Part shown: piece after piece, positions 9,124 to 19,887 of the stretch
Position numbering within the stretch: the stretch's first letter is position 1
Layout of the letters: every line of letters begins with the position of its first letter
NCBI GenBank assembly: GCA_049521055.1
Contig: JBEKPE010000004.1
Coordinates: 535-64,534 of the forward strand
From: Candidatus Bathyarchaeia archaeon
Lineage (GTDB): Archaea > Thermoproteota > Bathyarchaeia > 40CM-2-53-6
Reading direction: 5' to 3'
Length of the DNA stretch: 64,000 nt
Notes under the pieces: generated by a model
Told to the model about the DNA's origin: nothing
Database searches by the model: none
What the model saw: only the letters and a program-made list of their open reading frames with translations
Made by a program: the position numbers and the translations under genes

Positions 9124-10101
9124 CTATGCAGCAAGCGGTAGAGGTAGCGTGTAGCTTGGATTCTTTCCTATCCAGTCAACAAATTCCTTAACTCCCTTAT
9201 CCAGGCTGTACCGCGGCCTATAGCCCAGTTCCTCTTGCGCCCTCGTTAGGTCCAGCGTGTTTCTAGGCAGAAACCTTTCCATGGGGGCCCAGATTCCGGG
9301 ATGCACCTTTATTTGCGAACCTGGTATTGTCTTCATAACTGTATCCGCAAGTTCAGACAATGAGTATGATCTGCCACCGCTAATATTGAAAATGTAATGT
9401 TTTATGGGCCTAACTGAATAGGCTAAGAATATACCCTCAGCAATGTCTCGTACATAGGTAAGGTCCAGAGTATTATTGGCTCCAATCATCTCATAGGGCT
9501 CGCGAGCGAGAGCCTTCGATATGAAGAACGGAATAGGCGGAATCGCTACTTGCTGATTCGGTCCGTAGATACATGAACCGCGTATAACTACAGCATCCAA
9601 ATTATGCGCATCATGGTATTTAGTTGTCAACAACTCAAGCATATACTTGTGCACGGCGTAAGTAACAGATGAACCTGAACCCCATGACGAAAATGATTCA
9701 TCCTCTTTTATCGGCTTAAGGTCCGGAGAAAATTTCGCACCGTAGACTGAAGCAGAACTCATGGAAACAACTTTTAGATTTTTTAACCTAGCTGCTTCTA
9801 GAACGGTCGCCGTCCCGTCAACGTCCACCTTAAAGCTCCAATCTGGGAACTGATTCAGATCCTTCAACCAGGCGGCCGTGTGGATTATGCCCTCGACATT
9901 GAACTTTTCTATAAGGTCCAATATCCGGGATAGATCTCTAATGTCTCCAAATTCGAGCCTCACTTTACTAGAGACTTCATTCAGGAAATCAACTTTACGG
10001 GGCGCGATGTCGTAACAAATAACACTGTAACCTTCGTCAACAAACTTTCTTGCTGTACTAGCCCCTACTTCGCCGGTTCCACCTGTCACTAGGACAGACA
10101 T
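9124..10101 (-). CDS. NAD-dependent epimerase/dehydratase (extended SDR)
   Basis: The N-terminus is MSVLVTGGTGEVG, and a YxxxK-type catalytic region is present. Confidence 0.6.
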   Translation of the reverse strand: MSVLVTGGTGEVGASTARKFVDEGYSVICYDIAPRKVDFLNEVSSKVRLEFGDIRDLSRILDLIEKFNVEGIIHTAAWLKDLNQFPDWSFKVDVDGTATVLEAARLKNLKVVSMSSASVYGAKFSPDLKPIKEDESFSSWGSGSSVTYAVHKYMLELLTTKYHDAHNLDAVVIRGSCIYGPNQQVAIPPIPFFISKALAREPYEMIGANNTLDLTYVRDIAEGIFLAYSVRPIKHYIFNISGGRSYSLSELADTVMKTIPGSQIKVHPGIWAPMERFLPRNTLDLTRAQEELGYRPRYSLDKGVKEFVDWIGKNPSYTLPLPLAA

Positions 10102-10134
10102 ATGATCCTCACCACCAATTACCCTACCTATTTG

Positions 10135-11841
10135 TTATTCAAGGAGGCTTGAATACGCTTTTATTTCTTCTCCCTCTTGCCTGATTATAATGCTCTTCAT
10201 TTGGTCTTGGTCATCCCTGCTAGGATAATCATCGCGATAATGACTCCCTCTACTTTCCCGTCTGAGCAAAGCTGCAGTGGTCAAGATTTGCCCCACATCC
10301 AGCATGTTCCGGATCTCTAGTGCATGAACCAGTTCTCCCTCATTTTGTATACAAAGATCAAGTAAATGATGCTTCATGATACGTTCCAATTCCATCTTAC
10401 ATTCATTCAGGCCTCTTTCGTTTCGGACGACCAAAACATTTCTCCACATGACTTCCTGTATCGCTTTTTCTGTTTTTGTGACGTCTATTCCTGCTTTAGC
10501 TTCTCTAATTCTTGCAAGCCGTTCGTATTCTTCGCTACCATCTGCGGTTATCTGATCATTGATGGTCAGTGCTCTCTTTGCAGCAAATTCTCCAGCTCTT
10601 GCCCCAAACACCTGGCAATTTGCTAACATGTTTCCTCCAAGCCTATCAGCTCCATGCATCCCTCCCGTGACTTCGCCTGCCGCGTACAGACCCGGCAACG
10701 TAGTTTCAGCTTTCTCGTTAATCCTAATTCCGCCGTTGAAAGCATGAGCAAAGAGGGCCACCTCGAGCAAATCGGTCATCGGATCAATACCGCGCGTGCG
10801 GAGCCATTCCAGCCACAACTGATGGCGCTCGCGCATTTTAGATTCAGCGATGTTTCTGAGATCCACGTATACGCCTCCATTTCTTGTACCTCGGCCTTCC
10901 TTTATTTCATTAAACATCGCTATGTCAATGTACTTCGATTCGTCACTGGTACTGAACGGCCAATGCAAGGCCCTCAAGCTAAGACACCTATTCAGGTTTA
11001 CATCACGGGGCATATACTTCTCGAGAAAGCTTTCACCATCTACATTATACACACGTGGACGTAATGGCCAAACCTGATTTGTGAATAAAAGTGGGCGAGT
11101 TTCATCGGAGCGAACTATGCCCATTCCTATTTGAAGAAACTCCATGTTTACCAACTCCACACCTGCTCTAAAGGCGATTGCATAACCATCCCCTGTTATG
11201 CTTGGAGGATCAAAATTCAATCGATACAACATTCCAGCCCCACCAGTTGCCAATATAGTCGACTTCGCAATGAAGACGATGAAGTCGCCTTTTTTGCTGA
11301 TTCCCGTCGCCCCAGCACAAGCATTATTTTGAGTCAGAAGGTTCGTTATCATCACATTTTCCATGACTTCGATGTCTCTTCGTTCAATTTCCTTCTTGAG
11401 CACGCTAAGAATAGAGTTTCCGTGATTCTTGGTCTCGCACATCCTAGGACGAGAACTGAAGCATCCCAATCGTTGAGCATATTTACCGTCCGACTTCTCG
11501 AACCTTGCACCCCATTTTTCCAGATCAAGGAGTCTTCTAGGGGCTTCATAGGCTACAATCCTAGCAAGCCTTTTGTCACACATTCCCAATCCCGCTTGCA
11601 CAATGTCGGAGAAGTGCACAGCAGGATTGTCCATTGGGTCCGCATGTCCAAAAGCTGCCTGATATCCCCCAGCGTGAGAAACCGCAAAACTGGTTGCGCT
11701 GCTTTCGCTCCCACCAAAATGTCCTTTGGTGACCATTAACACATGAGCACCTCGTTCGTCTGCCTCTATGGCAGCCCTAGCCCCGGCTCCACCGCCTCCA
11801 ATCACTAAGACATCTGCTTTGATGACGCTTCCACTACTCAT
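10135..11841 (-). CDS. FAD-binding flavoprotein of the succinate dehydrogenase / fumarate reductase / L-aspartate oxidase family
   Basis: VLVIGGGGAGARAA is the FAD-binding site, and RRESRGSHYRDDYP matches the RxxxSRGxHxRxDYP family motif. Confidence 0.7.
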   Translation of the reverse strand: MSSGSVIKADVLVIGGGGAGARAAIEADERGAHVLMVTKGHFGGSESSATSFAVSHAGGYQAAFGHADPMDNPAVHFSDIVQAGLGMCDKRLARIVAYEAPRRLLDLEKWGARFEKSDGKYAQRLGCFSSRPRMCETKNHGNSILSVLKKEIERRDIEVMENVMITNLLTQNNACAGATGISKKGDFIVFIAKSTILATGGAGMLYRLNFDPPSITGDGYAIAFRAGVELVNMEFLQIGMGIVRSDETRPLLFTNQVWPLRPRVYNVDGESFLEKYMPRDVNLNRCLSLRALHWPFSTSDESKYIDIAMFNEIKEGRGTRNGGVYVDLRNIAESKMRERHQLWLEWLRTRGIDPMTDLLEVALFAHAFNGGIRINEKAETTLPGLYAAGEVTGGMHGADRLGGNMLANCQVFGARAGEFAAKRALTINDQITADGSEEYERLARIREAKAGIDVTKTEKAIQEVMWRNVLVVRNERGLNECKMELERIMKHHLLDLCIQNEGELVHALEIRNMLDVGQILTTAALLRRESRGSHYRDDYPSRDDQDQMKSIIIRQEGEEIKAYSSLLE

Positions 11842-11874
11842 TTGCGTGCCCCACAGAGAAGGCTTGAATGAGGA

Positions 11875-12789
11875 CTAGTTTACAAGCGCTAGATGTTTCA
11901 GAGTTCTCCTTACTTGCGCCCTACGAATATCATCAATTCCGATTAGCGGGTTCCTTACTGTGCTAGTTGAAATCACTCCCAACATAACCAGAGCCTCTTT
12001 GCAACATGGAATGTAATTTGGCTCGCAAAGCGCGACGTTGATGAAAGGCAATATCTTATAGAAGACATCCCATGCTTCATCGATCCGCCCTTGCATGAAT
12101 TTTTCGTATAAATCCACAAAATGACCCGGCAGAACCGCCGGTGCTGCCACCGTAAAACCCGCGGCTCCTCTCTCCAAGAACTGCATTGCAAGAACTTCCT
12201 CTCCACAGAAGATCGTTAACTTGTCACCGGCGAGCTTCCGCACATCAGCGACCTTTAGAGGATCTGAAAGACTTATTTTGAGGTATTCCACGTATTTTTC
12301 TTTGAACAATCTCGCTATAGTGGAGGCCTCCAGGGTTACTCCGGTAGCAGTCGGGTTATCGTATAGAATAATCGGTATCTTTACTGACTGCGCAATTTTG
12401 CCAAAGAAACCCAATAATTCTTCCTCTCCCACTCGACTAAATCCACCTTTGAAATAATACGGAGCGCTGATCAACAAGGCAGCTGCTCCCGCTTTCTCTG
12501 CATGAGTAGCAATATCAATCGCCACCTTTGGACTCGTATGACTTGCGCATCCGATCACTGGAACTTTTCCCTTAACACGGTCAATTACAATCTCGAGTCC
12601 TCTTTTTCGCTCTTCGGTACTAAGCGACGGAGACTCACTCGAGCTTCCGCCATACAAGACCCCATGTACACGATTTGTTAGCAGGAAATCCGTATGTTTT
12701 TCCAGGCTTTGCACATCGACTTCTTCAGTGGCGTTGAACGGCGTCAACATAATCGGTATGACGCCGTGAAGTTTTCCTGTTTTGTTCAT
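11875..12789 (-). CDS. DapA/KDG-aldolase family lyase (dihydrodipicolinate synthase-like)
   Basis: The TIM-barrel N-terminus IPIMLTPF and a Schiff-base Lys context, YVEYLKIS, are present. The length is right for this family. Confidence 0.65.
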   Translation of the reverse strand: MNKTGKLHGVIPIMLTPFNATEEVDVQSLEKHTDFLLTNRVHGVLYGGSSSESPSLSTEERKRGLEIVIDRVKGKVPVIGCASHTSPKVAIDIATHAEKAGAAALLISAPYYFKGGFSRVGEEELLGFFGKIAQSVKIPIILYDNPTATGVTLEASTIARLFKEKYVEYLKISLSDPLKVADVRKLAGDKLTIFCGEEVLAMQFLERGAAGFTVAAPAVLPGHFVDLYEKFMQGRIDEAWDVFYKILPFINVALCEPNYIPCCKEALVMLGVISTSTVRNPLIGIDDIRRAQVRRTLKHLALVN

Positions 12790-12845
12790 GTTAACGCCAG
12801 CCCTAACTAATTGGCGAATCTGTTAGTTAACGCGAGTCTTTTTGA

Positions 12846-14204
12846 TCAGGTTTGCGTTGTGGTGGTGGAGGTCGATTCTCCTTCAATTAGTGCTGCGGCG
12901 AATTGGTTAGCCATTTGTTGTGCTGTAATCTGCCCTGCCAGCGCCTCATCAAAGAGGGTTACTCCAGTTGTGCCTGCAATTCCTCCCCATGACGGGTACG
13001 GACTAATGTTGTACGGAACTAGCCCAAGGAATGATGAGGAATAAGCGAACGCGGCCATGTGGAGATCGGCAGAAAACACTGGAAGAGCGGCAACACTCTC
13101 GCGCGGTGGAACCTGAACGATCTTTTGGTTCCATAGACTCATAGCCCAATCCGACGCCATGAATTGAATGAGCTTCCATGCTGCATCCTGGTGCGTACTG
13201 CCGCTCATAAGGCCAAGGAGGTATTCGCCCATGTACGAGACTCTCTTCCCTGTTGGCCCTATGGGAATAGGTGCCGTGCCCCATGTAGGATTAGTCGCGG
13301 TCCCATTACCCGGATTATAGCCATTCTGATCTTGTACCCCGGCGCAATTGTGAATGTACATCGACGTTACCCCTCTGCCAAAGTCTGCGCTCATCTGTGC
13401 CCAACCGTCGCTTGGGGCACTTGGTGGACATACTTTGTACTTAGTGCACAAGTCAACGTACCATTGTAATCCTTGGACTGCTTGCGTGCTGTTGACTACG
13501 ACTTGACCACTCGAATTTACAACATCGCCCCCGAAAGCATACATAAAGGTCGTAGCATACTCGACGGAACCCGCGCCAGAGCCTCTCATTCCGAAACCAT
13601 ATTGTTGCGTCCCGTTCACTACGCGGGTTAAAGCCAACGCGTCCCGTAGGAAGTCATCAGTTGTCCAGTTACCATTTGGCAGCGGAAGTCCAAGCTCCTT
13701 GAATCGATCAATTCTATAGTAAACGCCATCGTTATACATCGTAAATGGGACACCCACTATCTTTCCATCCCTAGTAGCCGGTTCGAGAGCGATATGATTG
13801 AAATCATTGAAAACTGTTATTCGCTGCGTTAAGTCCGATAAGGCACCCATGCCGTAAAGCGTTCCAACTAAGTAATCAGGCATAAAGAATACGTCTGGAA
13901 CAGTACCGGACGTAACAGCTTGTATTATCTTCGTACTTTCGAGGGTCTGAGGATAGGACACTAGGTTTACTTGGATGCCTGGGTTCTGCGCGGTAAAATT
14001 GTTGAATATCTCTTGAAACGTGTTAACCCTTAGCTGATCATAGAGGGTCCAGAAAGTTAGCGTAACAAGCGGTTGTGAAGTACTCTCTGTGACACTAGTT
14101 GTCGGTCCTGATTGTGAAGTGTTCTGTTGGACATACCATGCAACAGCACCCACCATCAGAGCAACGATCACGACTGCGGCGATTATCTTGACTTTATTAT
14201 CCAT
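12846..14204 (-). CDS. ABC transporter substrate-binding protein, family 1 (CUT1 sugar-type), membrane-anchored
   Basis: There is an N-terminal TM/signal anchor. The body has SBP-1-like composition and the gene is in an operon with two MalFG-type permeases. Confidence 0.6.
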   Translation of the reverse strand: MDNKVKIIAAVVIVALMVGAVAWYVQQNTSQSGPTTSVTESTSQPLVTLTFWTLYDQLRVNTFQEIFNNFTAQNPGIQVNLVSYPQTLESTKIIQAVTSGTVPDVFFMPDYLVGTLYGMGALSDLTQRITVFNDFNHIALEPATRDGKIVGVPFTMYNDGVYYRIDRFKELGLPLPNGNWTTDDFLRDALALTRVVNGTQQYGFGMRGSGAGSVEYATTFMYAFGGDVVNSSGQVVVNSTQAVQGLQWYVDLCTKYKVCPPSAPSDGWAQMSADFGRGVTSMYIHNCAGVQDQNGYNPGNGTATNPTWGTAPIPIGPTGKRVSYMGEYLLGLMSGSTHQDAAWKLIQFMASDWAMSLWNQKIVQVPPRESVAALPVFSADLHMAAFAYSSSFLGLVPYNISPYPSWGGIAGTTGVTLFDEALAGQITAQQMANQFAAALIEGESTSTTTTQT

Positions 14205-14429
14205 TAAAAATCGAGCCGTAACCGACTCAAACGTATTTAAACGTGGTTCGTGGATTCACCCTTTGAAAAAGTCCGATGGATACGGCTGAGAAGAGACCTG
14301 GGTAATACCATTGAAGACCAGATGAAATAACTGCTTAATCCACTCCCATCGTTTGCTAATACTGTATTTACGGTGTCGGTAACGGGTCTCAATTTCAACG
14401 ATTTTCATCCTTGGAAGAGTACAGCCATT

Positions 14430-14885
14430 CTAACCTGCAGTTTTCCTAATCTTGGTGACAATTTTGATAATTCCCAGATTTCCATCTACGTAGACGTGAT
14501 CGCCAGTCATTGTTTCCTTAAAGATTTCCGCATCTACGTTATCGACTAGCGGGATCTGCACATTGTAGAATTTCTTAGCGAGAACGGGCCCGGCCACAAG
14601 TACGGGATCAGAGTTCATAGCAACAATTGCAGCGGGGCCTCGTTTGTTTCTCACTGCTTCGAGAAAGATCCCTGATCCTCCAGTAGATCCTCTGAAGTTG
14701 CGAATAATGAGGACTTTGTTGGTTATGTTCATGCCTTTGATTTTTTGTCTTGCATCCTGCACATCTCCTGATATAGGGTCAATGTCACCCACTAATCCCA
14801 AAGCCTGGTCAAACACTAATGCTTCGCCCTCGGCGATACCGCCAATCAATGCTCTTCCCCTAAAGGTCTTGTAAGGCACGCTCAC
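14430..14885 (-). CDS. aconitase X (AcnX) small subunit, DUF126
   Basis: It is about 150 aa and sits immediately downstream of the AcnX large subunit. The Gly-rich GSTGGSG stretch is what this family carries. Confidence 0.55.
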   Translation of the reverse strand: MSVPYKTFRGRALIGGIAEGEALVFDQALGLVGDIDPISGDVQDARQKIKGMNITNKVLIIRNFRGSTGGSGIFLEAVRNKRGPAAIVAMNSDPVLVAGPVLAKKFYNVQIPLVDNVDAEIFKETMTGDHVYVDGNLGIIKIVTKIRKTAG

Positions 14886-14892
14886 AGACCTC

Positions 14893-16128
14893 TTATTCCA
14901 CTCTCCCAGTTATTGCCGCTTTGATGCATTCGCTTGTACTCGCATAAATGACGTTCGTCTTGCATGACATCGGCGAATAATGCGCCATCTTTGCAGAGTT
15001 AGTTACCATGGTTTTGAATCCGCATAGGTACGTAGGAATAGTTAAGCAGCAACTATCAGTCATTATCTTCACACCTGACTCTCTCAGTATGCTGGCATAG
15101 CCCATCTTCTCTGCCAGGGCGTTCACGATCCTATTCGTGCTAACCCAAAATTTCACGCCGTCGTGAACTTTCTCGCCCTTCAATAAAGCAGCCAGTTCAC
15201 CTATTTCACTTATTGTGCTGTGAGGGCAACCTATGTTAACGAAATCTATATCGCATCCTCCTATGATGGTTGAGAGTTTCTCCTTTGTATCTTTCAAATC
15301 CTCTGGCCCCAACTCCAACTTGTCCTCAGGCTCTTCTTCGCCGAAAGCTTCCTGTAAGGTTCTGGCTTCCGGCGTCACTCCGACAACATGGTATAATGCT
15401 GCCGCACCAGAAGAGGCCATTGCAGCGCCGAACGACACCAACTGGCTATTCTTTACACTCTTAGGAATTCCTTGGATGACTGGTATTCCCTTGATTACGT
15501 CTTCTCCGATTCTGTATCCTAACAGCGGATAATCTTCATCAGACAATTGCTTGAACCCTTTAACATTGACCAGCACATTGCCACGTCTATTTTCAGCTAG
15601 ATGAAGGCCAAATTCTGGAACTAGTCCAACGATTGCAGCGCACAAGTCCACATAACTGGCGTATCTATTTGTTCTAGCGCCTATTACTGAGTTCGCATAT
15701 ATTACACAGTTTGACTCGGCCCAAGCAATTTGTTGACCAAACCTTGGAACATTAATGTGATAATAGGGGGTGCAGGTCCATATGGGAATGGCCCCGATCT
15801 TTTCCAACGCTCTCGCCAATCTCAACTGTTTATCTGCCCAACTGTCAGGCACACCAAACTCAGTCCAGTGGTCGAGTGGACTCGCTCCTGTGACTATACT
15901 CGTTGGAATTCTTACGCTCGCGCCCTCTTCTGCAAGTTTTTCACAAATTTCGACTCCTGCATCGTACGTCAAACGATAAGATCCGCATACAATATTGGCA
16001 CTTTCAACCTTAATCATCTTATTCGCATTATAAGCTACTCCAAGATCAACCAGGATCTCCATCGCAAGCCTAGTTGCTTCTCCATACTTCCCCTTTAACA
16101 TCATTTCTTCTTCGTTATTTAGATACAA
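14893..16128 (-). CDS. aconitase X (AcnX) large/catalytic subunit, DUF521: phosphomevalonate dehydratase or cis-3-hydroxy-L-proline dehydratase type
   Basis: The N-terminus MYLNNEEEMMLKGKYGEATRLAMEILVDLG fits the AcnX family's Fe-S dehydratase fold. The substrate cannot be assigned from sequence. Confidence 0.6.
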   Translation of the reverse strand: MYLNNEEEMMLKGKYGEATRLAMEILVDLGVAYNANKMIKVESANIVCGSYRLTYDAGVEICEKLAEEGASVRIPTSIVTGASPLDHWTEFGVPDSWADKQLRLARALEKIGAIPIWTCTPYYHINVPRFGQQIAWAESNCVIYANSVIGARTNRYASYVDLCAAIVGLVPEFGLHLAENRRGNVLVNVKGFKQLSDEDYPLLGYRIGEDVIKGIPVIQGIPKSVKNSQLVSFGAAMASSGAAALYHVVGVTPEARTLQEAFGEEEPEDKLELGPEDLKDTKEKLSTIIGGCDIDFVNIGCPHSTISEIGELAALLKGEKVHDGVKFWVSTNRIVNALAEKMGYASILRESGVKIMTDSCCLTIPTYLCGFKTMVTNSAKMAHYSPMSCKTNVIYASTSECIKAAITGRVE

Positions 16129-16528
16129 AGGATCACTACGAAGAGCAATAATGGTTTCGCGTGAACATCTCTCGACCCATTAATAACTTCTTGTCTGCAC
16201 TTAGCAATCAAAAGATCACGTCCTTAACTTCTTGACGAAGAAAACGAGAGGGCTAACGGTTCAGTAGTTGCTACTCCGCGACACCTTGCCTCAATATTAT
16301 CAGGCGAAAGGGTGGGATCCAGTCAGAAGCATACCGACAAAGGAAAAACTGAGGGAGTTAGGACTGGCTGACATAGCGGAAGAGTTCTCGTCTTAACCAC
16401 CATATTGCTCACCACGTATTGCCCACATCGCTTCTCAAGGTGCAGTTCAATGTCAAAACCATGCGATCCAAGATTGAACTCAATCATGGAGTAATAACTA
16501 GGTAACTCTTACCACATCTGGATTATGC

Positions 16529-17380
16529 CTAATGTTTCACGGCTCCTGTGACTAAACCCGAAATTAGATATTTTTGGAAGAAGGCAAAAAATACTAGGAC
16601 AGGGATAAGGGAAATCATTGTTGCAGCCGTCAGGATATCCCAACGTACCCCAGTTTGCCCAAACATGTAAAGCAATCCTGCCGGTAAAGTCGTCCTGGCT
16701 TTGCTGTTGATGAATGAGACGGCAAAGAGCAATTCGCCCCAACTAGATACGAAAGCATATGCAGCACTAGCAGCTATTCCAGGAGCGGCGAGAGGTAACA
16801 CGATCCTGATTAACGCGTCAAATCTCCCGCAACCATCCACCATCGCACTCTCTTCTATTTCGTATGGAATTGTTTGGAAATATCCCATTAACATCCACAC
16901 CGTAAACGGGACGGTAAAAGTAAGATATGATAATATCAAGACTTGATAAGTGTTAAGCAATCCAAGATAACTCCACTGACTTAAGAGGGGAGTAATCAAC
17001 AATGCGGAGGGAAACATCTGCGTGGTTAGAAGCAAAAGCGCTACAATGCCGCTCCCCGCGAACTTGCCTCTCGCAAGGCTATAGCCGGCGAACATAGAAA
17101 CAAGAATTGTGATGAGAGTAGTTGATAGAGAAACTATAACGCTGTTCATAAGAAATGTGCCAAATGGTGCCGATGGCTCACTCCATGCCTGTACATAATT
17201 GATTAGAGTGGGCTTAATCGGAAGATAAGACGATATAGGATACTCGTAGATTTCAGTATTTGGTTTCAGTGATGTCAAAAATGTCCATATCAAAGGAAAA
17301 GCAAAGAATGCCAGCAGCAATACTAACGTAGGAAGAAGAAGTGCCCATTTGATCGTATTTTCATTGAGGCGTCGTCGCAC
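16529..17380 (-). CDS. ABC transporter permease (MalG-like, CUT1)
   Basis: The EAA loop reads EESAMVDGCGRFDALIRIVLP, and there are six TM segments. Confidence 0.7.
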   Translation of the reverse strand: MRRRLNENTIKWALLLPTLVLLLAFFAFPLIWTFLTSLKPNTEIYEYPISSYLPIKPTLINYVQAWSEPSAPFGTFLMNSVIVSLSTTLITILVSMFAGYSLARGKFAGSGIVALLLLTTQMFPSALLITPLLSQWSYLGLLNTYQVLILSYLTFTVPFTVWMLMGYFQTIPYEIEESAMVDGCGRFDALIRIVLPLAAPGIAASAAYAFVSSWGELLFAVSFINSKARTTLPAGLLYMFGQTGVRWDILTAATMISLIPVLVFFAFFQKYLISGLVTGAVKH

Positions 17381-17384
17381 GAGT

Positions 17385-18272
17385 TCACTCGCCCCCAGGT
17401 TTTACTCCCTTAAGCATTTTGTAGTACACTATGGTGAACCCTAATACTAGGATAAGTGTGAAAACTGACAGGGTGGCTGCATATCCGAAGTTAAAGAGTT
17501 CATAAGCCGTGATCAGTACGTAAGAAGCAAGTATCTGAGTAGAGTTCGCTGGTCCACCGTTTGTCATAATAAATATTAGATCTGGATAATTAAACGTCCA
17601 AATTATACGGATTACAGTTGAAATGATTATTGTGGGCTTAAGCGTAGGAATAGTGATGTGGATGAACCTTCCCCACATAGACGCACCATCCACGCGAGCA
17701 GCTTCATACAATACGTTAGGGATAGCCTGAAGTCCAGCCAACAAGATTATGATAAAGAACGGGGCACCCCTCCATAAATTAGCAAGAATAATTGACAACA
17801 GCGCTGTTGATGTATCACTTAACCACGGAATGGCGTGATGTATCAGTCCCGTTTTCATGAGCAAATCATCTATCAAGCCGAAATTTGGATCGAGAAGCCA
17901 ACCCCATATTATTCCGACAACAGCACCGGGTATCGCCCACGGGAGGATCACTACAGATCTAACAAGTCCTCTCCCTCTGAACTTCTCGTTCAGGACTAAA
18001 GCCCCTATAAATCCCAAGATGAATTGAGAAAATACGGATAGAACCACCCAGATAAGCGTATTCTGCAACGCAACCCAAAAAACCGGATCTGTGAATAACT
18101 GCTGATAATTAGCTAAACCTATGTAATGTACCTCATTGGGTAGATACAATATGTTTTGTTGAAAACTCATATTAATGGCTCTCAAAATCGGTACATAAAC
18201 AGTCGACGCTAAGCAAAGCACGGCAGGCAGTAGATAGAGATAATCGGATATATCCTTCGTTTTATGGGGCAT
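17385..18272 (-). CDS. ABC transporter permease (MalF-like, CUT1)
   Basis: The EAA loop reads YEAARVDGASMWGRFIHITIP, and there are multiple TM helices. Confidence 0.7.
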   Translation of the reverse strand: MPHKTKDISDYLYLLPAVLCLASTVYVPILRAINMSFQQNILYLPNEVHYIGLANYQQLFTDPVFWVALQNTLIWVVLSVFSQFILGFIGALVLNEKFRGRGLVRSVVILPWAIPGAVVGIIWGWLLDPNFGLIDDLLMKTGLIHHAIPWLSDTSTALLSIILANLWRGAPFFIIILLAGLQAIPNVLYEAARVDGASMWGRFIHITIPTLKPTIIISTVIRIIWTFNYPDLIFIMTNGGPANSTQILASYVLITAYELFNFGYAATLSVFTLILVLGFTIVYYKMLKGVKPGGE

Positions 18273-18839
18273 GAATGATCACAAGTTCGAGATATCCCCC
18301 ATTATTACACATAAAATATTTTCTTTAATCAGCCGAGACGCGCCCTACTTCGAACAGAGTCGCTTGCAATACGGCAGACGAAACAGCAACGGCACTTAGC
18401 AATCTTCGAAAACGAAACTGGTGGAGTTTGAGCGCTCTCCCGCCCGAGGTCGCAGGCACAGATCTCGATCATTATGCCTTTGAAGTATGAGGAATTGTCC
18501 GAGAACAACAAGCTGGCACCTCCAGTCAAAGATATTCTAATCTTTGGACCTACAGTATGCGGTAAAAGATGCGCGCGCAATCGCAAAATCCATTAGCGTT
18601 TCCTTCATACACCGGTCTGGAACAGATCGACACACGAAGCTTTCGGTGAAAGCGCGGCACATGCACGTGAGATGTTTCTTGAAGCAGAGAAAAACACTTG
18701 GACACACTAGATACTATAGATGAGAAGTTCAGGTAGTTGGATGTCTTGTTCCAAGGAGCGGTGGGGGACCGCCGCATCAGAGGCCGGAAGCTTTGAAGAT
18801 GTAGTAGTTCAGTATGAATAAACGTAAGAAGCACATTCT

Positions 18840-19874
18840 TTGCGGATAGGTCGTGACTTTATGAACTATGTTAGACTTGGAGACAGCGGACTAAGAGTTT
18901 CTGAGATTTGTCTTGGCACTTGGCATCTTCCGAGGTTGACGGAAACTGATCAGTATGGGATACCGAAAGTGGACGCTGAAGAAACGAGAAGGGTAGTGAA
19001 TCTGGCTTTTGATCATGGCATAAACTTCATTGATACTGCGAACCGATACCATGGAGCGATGGCTCCAGTTGATTTGAATCATTATGGAAACGCTGAGAAG
19101 GTCCTATCAGACATACTCAGAGACCACGAAAGAGAGAGCTTTGTGTTGGCCACGAAGGTGGGGGCCGAAATGGCACCCTGGCCGAATGGACGAGGTCTGT
19201 CAAGGAAACACCTGTTCTGGCAAATAACCGAAAGTTTGAAGCGATTAAAACTGGAATACGTGGACGTATATTTGGCTCATATTCCAGATGAGGAAACGCC
19301 GCATCTGGAAACTTTGCAAGCTCTCAATGACCTAGTCGCAATGGGGAAAGTTCACTACATCGGTTGTTCCAACTTCACGACAGAACAGGTCATTGACTTC
19401 ATGGAGCTTTCCAAAGTGCATGACTTAGTCAGCTTTGTTACACTCCAAGACGCATATAGCCTAGTCAACCGCAGCATTGAATCCAACAAGCTACTTCTAG
19501 CTCACAGGTACAACTTCACAATTATGGCGTATTCTACACTAGCTCAAGGATTACTGTCCGGCAGATATCTAGACGGAGTTCCAGTTGGATCAAGAGCAAC
19601 GTATTCCCAGAGCCTCAAGAAAGCATTATCTGAGAAGAACTTGGACTCCTTAAGAAAATCATCCACCTTAGCCAGCGAGAAGGGTATCTCGCTATCCCAA
19701 CTCGCTATTGCATGGTTGCTTCACAAGCAGAGAAAACTTGGCGTCAGCATAATTCCGATCATCGGAGTATCAAACAGAGAACAACTACTAGAAAATCTTC
19801 AAGCATTAGAAGTTCACCTATCCGAAGGTGACATGTCAAAAGCGGAACAGATTGTGCTCTCAATCCAAGTCTAG
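18840..19874 (+). CDS. aldo/keto reductase
   Basis: The N-terminus YVRLGDSGLRVSEICLGTW is AKR-family, as is the overall length. Confidence 0.7.
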   Translation: MRIGRDFMNYVRLGDSGLRVSEICLGTWHLPRLTETDQYGIPKVDAEETRRVVNLAFDHGINFIDTANRYHGAMAPVDLNHYGNAEKVLSDILRDHERESFVLATKVGAEMAPWPNGRGLSRKHLFWQITESLKRLKLEYVDVYLAHIPDEETPHLETLQALNDLVAMGKVHYIGCSNFTTEQVIDFMELSKVHDLVSFVTLQDAYSLVNRSIESNKLLLAHRYNFTIMAYSTLAQGLLSGRYLDGVPVGSRATYSQSLKKALSEKNLDSLRKSSTLASEKGISLSQLAIAWLLHKQRKLGVSIIPIIGVSNREQLLENLQALEVHLSEGDMSKAEQIVLSIQV

Positions 19875-19887
19875 CTTTCACTAATGC

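Noticed and set aside
10366-11739. Several plus-strand ORFs antisense to the SdhA-like flavoprotein gene
   Set aside because: They are antisense to a well-supported 568-aa gene and have no motifs.
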